DNA of 64,000 bases from Cyanophora paradoxa CCMP329 (Eukaryota; Plantae; Glaucophyta), in assembly GCA_004431415.1 (NCBI GenBank), contig QPMI01000049.1, forward strand, positions 186,001 to 250,000, written 5' to 3'. The notes below the pieces were generated by a model that saw only the letters and a program-made list of their open reading frames with translations, had not been told where the DNA came from and did not search any database. This document shows, one piece after another, positions 41,001 through 49,611 of the stretch. The translations under genes were made by a program, and so were the position numbers. The stretch's first letter is position 1; every line of letters starts with the position of its first letter.

Positions 41001-41606
41001 GGCCTCTCGGGGGGGCAGATTGCCGGCATTACGATTGGCGTGATTGCGGCCGTCGCAATCGCCGGGGCCCTTGCAGCGATAGCGTTCGTCGTCAAACGCA
41101 GGATGAGCGGCCGGCGCGACAGCGCCAGGGTTGCGGAGATGCCGCAGCCGGCAGCGCTAGATGCAGCAGGATCCGGAGCAACGAGCTTCGAGCAAAGCCA
41201 GGCGACCTATCTGGCCCTCACACGCGATCGCGAGGAGCCGCGCCCCGCGGCGGTCTCCAGCCGCGGCAGCACCAGCCACGGCGTACGCGCGCAGTCGGCT
41301 CAGTCGCAACAGGAGGCGACTCGCGATCGCCCTTCGTATTCGGCGCCGGCGCGCGACGCGACGGGCGCGCCCACGCCTACGTACACGCAGCTGCCGGGCG
41401 TCCCCGTCCGCAGCGACGTGGACCTGCCACCGCTGCAGACCGCCACCGAGCAGGCGCAGCAGCCGGACTCCTTCGCCCTCGCGCAACGAGAGTCGACGTC
41501 GCTCGACGCGCCCCTCGAATCGATGTCGTACGTGGCGCAGCCCGAGTTCGTCAGCGTCCACGGGCCCGGCGACGATGACTACACGCCCGCCGCCCAGCTT
41601 ATTTGA
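20060..41606 (+). CDS. Giant single-pass surface protein: tandem FN3-like modules, RRLL site, (TPTE)n mucin-like stalk, FN3/filamin-Ig-like repeats, PKD/REJ region, TM helix, short cytoplasmic tail. First exon(s) not found.
   Basis: Phase-consistent exons 20060-20334, 20887-21270, 21797-22179, 22707-23153, 23614-23725, 24153 onward. Filamin-like GYYKLAVSINGQ...FTVFVNPG. REJ-like VVLDATASFDPD, YLWTVQ...LVLKKGVLRPGQTYTFALSVT, VTALSKEYRLACGDW...PPLQYAF. TM IAGITIGVIAAVAIAGALAAIAFVV-KRR. TGA at 41604-41606. 1-bp homopolymer frameshifts occur inside the repeats. Confidence 0.8.
20070..23712 (+). repeat. Tandem exon+intron duplication, period about 910 bp (about 4 units)
   Basis: Exon start gcag|GTC(A/G)CCCTAGAGGGCGGG at 20887, 21797, 22707 and 23614. 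Units at about 20.83-21.74 and 21.74-22.65 kb are nearly identical including the intron, while flanking units are more diverged. Confidence 0.95.
23445..23527 (-). mobile_element. Diverged fragment of the same retroposon 3' end inside an intron
   Basis: ccggccacagtctcaagacaccagc...gggggctgcctaggagagataagggacagcagaagcaaaagaact aligns with 42806-42880. Confidence 0.65.
24230..30620 (+). repeat. Coding tandem repeat: 36-bp unit (3 x 12 bp) encoding (TPTE)n, about 530 tetrapeptides
   Basis: Unit ACGGAGACGCCG-ACGGAAACCCCG-ACGGAGACTCCC repeated over about 6.4 kb. It enters in frame from NRRLLQTGNP and exits into PSPSP. Confidence 0.97.
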
Positions 41607-41986
41607 GGCGCCGGCTATTTATTTTATTTTTTATGGCAGCTGTTTACAGGGTGCAAGCGATGAGAATCGATTGCGACTTGCTGTAAATGGAGTTATCGTA
41701 TTTTTTATTGATTTAGATAGAGCGCTCCCGAGTTTTCGCACACTGTATAGTGTATATATGTGCAGTTGACGATGACATCTTGCGAAAATTTCAAACAACG
41801 ATTGAATGCTCTGCCTCCGCTCACTGAGTCATATCGATGCCCGGGCCGGCCGCGGCCCCCTAGGCCTTAAGAAAAATACAGGAAGTAGTCAGGAACAGAA
41901 CGCTTGAATGCCCTGCACCCAAGAAATAAATCGTTGCCCGCCCTAGGCTAAGCCGCTGCCAGGCTGAGCTATTTAGGATTGTCAAC

Positions 41987-42198
41987 TTTTTTTGGGAGGG
42001 GTGATCACGAGGGTATCGCCCCCACGTGCACGGTGTAGGTTACCAACTCGGCCCCCCCGCCCGATGGGACGGAGAGGCCTGCTGGTCAGACCCGGCGCCT
42101 AAGCGCCACCCATTGGGTCACTCCCCCGCGGCCATCGCGGATACTGCCTCACTGGGCACGGGCTGTCCGGGTAGGACGAGTGGGTCACTTATCGCGAC
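41987..42198 (-). mobile_element. Candidate short poly(A) retroposon (SINE-like, or truncated LINE 3' end)
   Basis: T7 run at 41987-41993, adjacent stem-loop ggggtgat...atcgcccc, GC-rich 210-bp body, imperfect flanking direct repeat tgtcaactt / tgtcaagtt. Confidence 0.4.
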
Positions 42199-42789
42199 TG
42201 TCAAGTTCAACGGTTCCTGCGGAGCAGGATCAGTCTGAAGTACAAGGTTTCTTTCTAACTCTGAAGGGTTTGGCCTTCAAGGGCTGAAGAGTTTGGCCCT
42301 CATGATCAAGGCCTAGGGCCGAGGAGGCGTGGCACTAAATTGCCAATTAGCCTTTCAGAAAAATTTGTTTTTTAGTTCTCCGTAGTTTATTAGGGGACAG
42401 GGCCCCTGGTACACGAAAACCCACCCCCCGTGTGCAGGCTGCTTCTCCCTCAGATGACGGGCCGCGCAAGATCGACCTGTAGCTGTGTTGTGTTGTTCAA
42501 GTCAATGGATTTTAGATCTAGATCTAGGTACGTATACGTGTACAGAGATTGATATCAATCGGAAGTTGTGCAGATAGAACGTTAATAGATCTAGAATTCG
42601 AACTGAAGCACATCTATAATTACTACGTATACTGAGTTTAGGGCGGTGTACATTCGCCAAGTCAATATTTCGATTTCAATTGCAATATCGGCTCAGAACC
42701 AGAGCAAGTCGAATTATAACGCTTTCGTGTATTTTAGCTCAGGATAGCAGGTTTTTAGACCGACCGGAATTAAACTGTATTAGCTCGTT

Positions 42790-44810
42790 TTTTTTTGGTG
42801 AATTACCGGCCACAGTCTCTAGACACCAGCACTGCGGGGGCTGCCCAGGGGGCATAAAGACAAAAAAGCAAAATAACTAAGACAAGAGCACGAAGAAAGA
42901 TAAGACAAAGAGCCAAAATCGACAATAAAAAAGGAAAGACACAGATCTAGAGCTCGAGACAGATCGATAGCGATAGCGAGAAGAGACGATAAATCGAGCA
43001 GATCTAGGGACAGAGGATAACTGACACGAAGAAAGCCAGAGCTAGAGATACCATCAATATCAGAAGGAATTACATCACTAAGAAGCGGGGGACAAAATTG
43101 AGAAAGATAAATAACAGGAAGAAGACAAGTAAGAGGAACAACAAGACGACATGGAGGCGGAGGCGAAGCAGGACGATGCGAAAGGGCAGAGCTACGGCAC
43201 GAGGTCGAGGAGGACACAGGAAGCGGAGCAGGCGGATCAAGAGCAGGCAAAAGGACAGTCAAAGGAATCACTAAAGCCGGCCGGGGTCGAGGCGGGCAAT
43301 CGATATCGAACTGCAAACGACGGCGAACAACAGGTCGAGCACGAGGACTATAGCTAGTATTGAAACTAACTCTAGCATCAACACTACGATCAGAATCCGA
43401 ACCAGACCGAACTAAACTAGAAGACGAAGAAGTACGCCGGCGCCGGCGGGATACGATCGCGACCAGCGAAGCAGAAGACGAAGGCAAAGGCGGCAGTCCG
43501 GTATCAAGAACAAAGGCCGGAGGGCCCGGCCCGGCAAACCGCCGGGGGGAAGTAGAAGGAGCCGCAGGCTCGGCAAGCCGGCGACGAGTACGACCACGAG
43601 TCCGGGAGGAGATCGGGGAAGCCGGTCCCGGAGCTGAGGGCCCAGGAGCAGAGCCAGGAGAAGGTAAGCCCGGCGAGAAATCTGACCCGGAGCCGGAACC
43701 CAGCGAACGACGACGACGAAGAGGCCCCCGAGGAGCCACGACGGGGGAGCTACCGAGCAAAGTACTGACAGCCGGCGCCGAACACGGCGGCGGAGGTACC
43801 CCGCAGACAGTGGCAGGCGGAGAGTCCAGGGTCGATCGAGAGATCCGCCGACGGGAATGCGGCGGGGGCCGACGAGACGGAAGAGGCGAGGAGGGGGCCG
43901 AGGAAGGGTCGGAGGCAGGAAGGGCCGCGATCAGGTGACGGGGATCGCTGCCGGCGCCGAAGAGAGGACAGCGAAGTAGGAGAAAGGTCGGGTGGCGCCG
44001 GATCAGATGACACGGAGGTCATGGCCATGGGCGGCGCAGAGAGAGACGAGCTCGAGGGCGCAAGGGCCCGACGAGGGCGCCGGCGGCGAATCTCACGAGC
44101 GCCAGGAAGCGGGATAGGACCCGCAGATGGGACCCGAGGCGCCGAAGGGGGAGCAGGGAGCCGGAATGACGGGGAGACCGAAAAGAGGACAGTCTCGCCA
44201 ACACTCGGAAGCGGGGCAGAGGCCGAGGACCCGGAGCTCGAGGGGGGGAGGGAGGGCGGAGGAGGAGAGAGAAGGCGGCTATTCGAAGGGTGTGGAGAAT
44301 CGAGAGCGGAGGCGAGGGAGGCCGAAGTGATGGCGAGCTCTGGAGGCGAGGGGGCCTGCAAGCGGATCCGGGAAAGTGGATGCAGACGCAAAGAGACCGG
44401 GGACGTAGAGGCGGGAGGGGCATGCAAAAAGATAGTGCCGCCCAGCGTCACAGTTGCAGAAGCGGGGCAAGAAGGATGGGCTGAAGAGGGGCTGAACCAG
44501 GAGGACGTCAGAAAGAGGGCCTCGCAGGGGCGGAAGTGGAGGAGCAAGGGGAAGAGGTAAGAAGGGGTATGGAGCTGCAAGATGACCAGGGACCTGCCGG
44601 GGAACAGGCAAGTGAAGAGGCCCCGTGACAGCAAGTTGTAAGGAGGGAGGAGGCAGAGGCGGGGCCAGAGGGCCAAGGAGCACAGGGATCGGGACCGCAG
44701 GGAATGGGGGGAAAGGAGCGTCGAGAGGGGCAGCGAGAGCAGGAATAGGAATGGGCCCAAGGGTCACTACAGGGGCCAGAGCAGGAGGGGACGGCGCAGG
44801 AGGCGAAACC
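42790..44810 (-). mobile_element. Non-LTR retroposon insertion (5'-truncated LINE-like or non-autonomous), about 2.0 kb
   Basis: Perfect 13-bp TSD gtattagctcgtt (42777-42789 and 44811-44823), poly(A) tail on the minus strand (T9 at 42788-42796), strong purine/pyrimidine strand skew, no introns seen, and a CCHC-like motif CNCDAGRHYLFACP in ORF 44279-44767. Confidence 0.85.
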
Positions 44811-45234
44811 GTATTAGCTCGTTGAGTTTCGAAACTTTTGGAGCTTCATGCATATGGAGCAGTTTTCAAGTAAATAATATTGATCACAAAGCAAACATAC
44901 GAGATAAGGAAGATCTATACGGGGCCCCGGCAGGGCAAACCGAATAGGTGTTCGAGAGTGGGCGCGCTTCCTGCCGGCGCCTGGCGCGGCGGGCGCCGGC
45001 AGCCGTCGGCAGCTGCAGGCGAGGCCCTCAGCTGCCGACGCCCTCTCAGGTGATCGACGTGGCACCTCATCGCACCTCATGATCAGTTCGCGGGCCGGGG
45101 GCCCCTCGAAAAGGCGCCAGGGCCCGAGATTCGGCACTCCCGGGGTAGAACCGGCGCGGGACGGGGCGGAACGGGCCTGCTCCCCGCGATCGGACCTTAA
45201 AGGGGCGGAGGGACGTCGACGGGCCCGCGCGTGC

Positions 45235-46412
45235 TCGCCGTGATCCCCGCCGTGATCGTCCACGCCCGCGTCTCCTGCGCCCCACCCCCGCCGATGAGCC
45301 ATGCCAGTGCCACGCGGGCTGCACGAGGGGCGGCGGGGCGCGCGGTGGGGCCGGCGGTGAAGTAGGTGCGGAGGCCGAGGGCCTGGTAGGTGGCGCGGAT
45401 GAGGGAGGGCAGGCCGCCCTCCTTGACCCCCAGCGACTCCAGGTACTCCCCCGCTCGCTCTCGTCCAACGACACCAGCTCGCTGCGCCCCGCCCGCCGCC
45501 CCCGCCGCTCGGCCCGGGCCCGGGCGCGGGCCCGGGGCGGGGCGGGGCGCGGGGCGCGGGGCGGACCTCTCGACCTGGGCGGAGACGACGACGCACTGGG
45601 CGCCGGTCTTCTTCGCGAACTCCTGCACCCGCTTGCTGTACTCGTTGCCCGACGCCAGCTCCCCCTCCGACACGTTCGCCGCGTAGATGCACGCGTACGG
45701 CTTCAGCGTCAGCAGCCCCAGGCCCTGCGCACGCCCGTCGACGCCGGCCCGGGGCGGGGCGGGGCGGGGCGGGCCTTGACGGCGAGGGCCTCCTCCTCGG
45801 AGAGCTCGACGGTGCGCGCCGCCTTGCACACGTCCAGCGCCTCGACCTTGATCCGATCCAGCGCCTTCGCCTCCGCCTGCACATGGGCCCCCGCGTCGGC
45901 GGCCGCGCGGGGCGGCGGGGGCGCGGGCGGCGCGGCGCACGTCCTCCTGGGGGGTGATCTTGATGACGCGGCCGCCTGGGCGCAGCTTCTGGAGCCGCTT
46001 CTCGACCTGCCCGAGGTCCGCCAGCACAAGCTCCAGCTCGATCGTCTGCCCCGCCCCGCGTCGGCCCGGAGAGGGGTACGGCGCCCGGCAAGGGGGGTAC
46101 CTCGATGTCGTCGACGGGGTCGATCTTGTTGTGCACGTGGATGATGTCGTCGTCGTCGAAGCAGCGGACCATCTCCACCACCGCGTCCACCTGCGCGGGG
46201 GGTACCGCGCTCAGCCGTTGCGGGGAGGGGGGCACATGGGGTCGGGCGGGCCGCCCGAGCTCGAGCCCAGGCTGGCCTGGCGGATGTGGAAGAGGAACTT
46301 GTTGCCGAGGCCCTCGCCTGCGCATGCGGGCGGGCGGCTCGCGGGGGCACGGCGGGGTCTGAGGGGCGCAGGCCGTAAATACGTACCCTTGGAGGCGCGC
46401 TTCGCCAGGCCG
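45235..46412 (-). pseudogene. Inverted partial duplicate of the YchF gene (introns retained)
   Basis: Near-identical to about 59257-60390 (from G-[LV]-xKxASKG to ETRAWTIT) including introns. Lacks the P-loop exons and the C-terminus. Carries a 6-bp insertion (KPYACIY) and a 1-bp G deletion near 45450. Confidence 0.9.
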
Positions 46413-46969
46413 GTGGAATGGTGGATCGCGAAGGGGCGGATGCACTGGCGGTTGCCAAGCCAGCGCTGAGCTGAGATCTCGCGCGCTCTTACATGCACGG
46501 GTACGTATACGTATACAATGGAATGCATGGAATTTGCTCGAGCTCACTGAAACCGATACAATGTAGAGCAAGTTCCTACTTATACCGTATACGTATACGT
46601 ATACGCCTGCCAAAAACGATTTCAGCACAGAAACACTAAGAAACACAGATTTGATCTACAAGACATTAAAGCTAAGAAGGCTATGAATCATAAGTAATTA
46701 TAAACGATGGCTATATATATAGGACCGTATGATGAGTAGTCTAGACATTGAGATTGAGATTAAGATCGACATTTATAGAAGATATAATAAGATGCATCTG
46801 CTAGCCAAGTAGAGTGGAAAGAACGAGCTCCCATGGCCAGGCTAGAAATCATGAACAACTAGACCTCGCCAGCTCGATCGAGAAACTCCTTGACGTCACT
46901 CTTGCCAAAGAAGCCCTTCCGAAAGCGCTATGAGCCTTCTCCTGCGGCCTCGGAGGCCGATCCTTACGT

Positions 46970-49451
46970 TCAAGCTGCAGTTTGATGGGGAGCCCCGCGA
47001 GCCCCCGCCGTCTCGGGGGCCGCTCCTGGCCCTTCGGCGGCAGCGGCCGGCGCCTGGAGCTTCGCCGCGGCCTCCTCGAAGGCGCGGCGGAGCTCCTTGC
47101 AGCGCGGCTTGTGCTCCTTCCAGGCCGCCTTCTGGCACTCGTCCGTACAGTACCACACCTGCCACGGCGCCGTCGGCCGCGGCCGCACGGGCAAAGGGGG
47201 CCCTGGCGCGGGGTTCGACCGACCTGCTTACAGCCGGAGCACTTCGCGAATGCTCGGGGCTTTGGTTCCCGGGCCACGCAGCTGGGCCGCCGCCGGCTCG
47301 CGTTTCCGCAGACGCGAAGCGTTGCAGCATCCTACCTCAGCGTCAGTCGAGGTAGCCAGCAGGGTTAGCGGACGCGCACCAATACGGGGGTACCGGAGAT
47401 TTGGTCGAGCGCTTTCGCGGAGATCGGAGGTGGGGCAAATTTCTTCGGGAATTTCCCCGCGGTGGCCGAGAGAGCCAAAGCGAGTGCTCTGATCGTGACG
47501 TGTTCGCGCTGCGGAGCGGCTCAGCCGATAGCGTGCTGCGGATCGGCTCGATTGAAGTGCGAACCGGGTCGGAGGACATGCGGTGGAGCAGCTTGACCAG
47601 GCCAGGGCGAGCGCGGACGGCAGCGGGCACGGCGGGCGGGTCCCACCGCTGCGCGAGCCTGCGGCATATGCATTCAGCGCGGGGAGGGAAGGGGAGGCTC
47701 TCAAAGGCGCGAGAACCCGAGCGTTTGGAGCAGCTCTCGAGCGAAATCTTCGATGGAATCTTGGGGGATCATCGCCCAGAGGGGTTCAATGGGCTCTCGC
47801 CTACGTCGAATCCTCAGATCAAGAAAAGGGGGGAAGGGGGGAGAGGGGGGGGGGGGGCGCGGGAAGGCGGGAAGGGTGAAGGGCTGGGGGAGGGAAGAGA
47901 AGGGGGGGGGGGAAGGGTGTGTGGTGTGGGTGTGGGTGTGTGTTGGGGGGGGGGGAGTGGGGGGGGGCGGTTAGGGGGGAGGGAAGAGGGGGGAGGGTAG
48001 AGGCAGACCTGCGGATCCTATCGAGGCGGGTCGACAGGGCGGAAAGGACGCGCTCGGCGGTGGGGATGAGCCCGGCGCCCAGGACGCCCGCCACCACGCC
48101 GCGGCAGCGCGCTCGTGTAGGGGGGAACGAGAAGTTCCCTGCGACGACTTAAAGACGCGAAGACCGCCAATTAATCTTCGAGAATCAGGGGCCAGCTCAC
48201 GCTTGTCGTCTATGTCCCATCCCGCATCGCCGCCAGCTGCCCGGCTTGTCCGCTCCGTCATCTGCAGCCGAAGTGTAAAAGGCCGGGGGAGAAAGAAGAA
48301 CCCCATCGTGACGAACCCCATCGTGAGAAAGAAGGTACTGAACGACGAGTGTAGCCGAATGAGCCATGACCAAGGCGAAATCTGGGTAGCCCAGAACCGC
48401 TGCACGAGCGAGGCATCAATCGAAGTCGGAACGCGATGCTATCAGCATGCGAAGACGAGGGCTTACACCTGAAGCCAGTGGAGGAAATCAAATTCTCCAG
48501 AGCGGGCTCCGCCCGCTGGAGCCACTCGACCGCGGGCCGCCAGAGCTCGCGCCGCGCGAGCTCCTCCCGCACCTGCGCGCGTAGTGTCGGCGACACAGCA
48601 TGCGCAGTCGGCGCGGGCGCGGCAGGATCAGGGAGGCGAGCTTCGCAGGCGCACTTCGCTTGACATTGGAAGGACATCTGAGACGAGCCGCATGGCCTGC
48701 ATTGCCAGCAGCTCCGCACTGGCGCTCGAGGCACCAACTGCAGATCCTCCGCTCGCCGCGGCGCAGATCGCGTCGAGCAGCGGCGCGTCCGCCAGCATGA
48801 GCCGCCAGACGCGGGGGCCTCCTCCCATAATCTGCGGAAGCACAGCGTCGTCAATGAAGCAGGGGAAGCCGAGTCATTCAAAGCTTAAGCGCTGACCATG
48901 AGACGCATGATGCCCAGATCGCAGACGCGGATAGCGCTTCTCCAGCTAATCTCTCCCCCCAGAAGAAGGACTGGCAGTGACTCTAATTGCAAGGCCGTGG
49001 TGAGGTCTTCTGGTTGTAAACGTAGAGACCGCAGATTCGGGCTGCCCGCAGGGCATCGCAGGTTCGGGCGGCCATCGATGAACCGGTCACGCAGAGCCTT
49101 CCAACTGTGCGAAATGAGTGCCGCGCGTGTAAGCGCACCACGAGGCGCCGGCTTACGCGTACGTACGCACCCGCCCCGCTCCGCGAGCGTGGAAATCGCG
49201 ACGGTGGGCATGCGCGCGAGCTGGAGCACCGGATCCTCGCGGGTTGGATGCACTCCGGTCGCGGGATCTGCGACGCCGAACCGCCTCCACGAGCAGGCGT
49301 CGGCGATGCTTTGAGCATCATCGCCGCTCAACACGCCGAGCAGGGCGTCCGCGCTGGTATGCGCCGCTTTCACCGCTGCCAGCCGCCTCGCGCGCTCCTG
49401 GGGGTTCGCGTTGTTCAGATCCCAGAGAGAATAACATGCAACTTCCTCCAT
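46970..49451 (-). CDS. MYND-type zinc-finger protein, paralogue 2
   Basis: AKCSGCKQ|VWYCTDECQKAAWKEHKPRC. The N-terminus MEEVACYSLWDLNNANPQERARRLAAVKAAH is homologous to the 8914-11797 gene. It stops earlier than paralogue 1. Confidence 0.8.
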
Positions 49452-49611
49452 CCGCAGCGCGGGGCGACTGCTAAGCTGCTAAGCTCTACGTACAACGTAC
49501 GCGCTTGACGGGCGGCGGGACGATGCTTCGGCTAGCTATAGGCGACTTTGGTGACCCTTTAGGGGGTACCGCGCAAAGTCGGCGGGGGTCACAACTCGCG
49601 CGCCGGGCTCA

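Noticed and set aside
43360-44560. Plus-strand Glu/Gly/Arg-rich ORFs inside the retroposon
   Set aside because: They are antisense to the poly(A)-defined orientation and are explained by strand compositional skew.
44814-46646. 610-aa ORF
   Set aside because: It is a chance read-through of unspliced YchF pseudogene introns and exons, mostly in the wrong frame.
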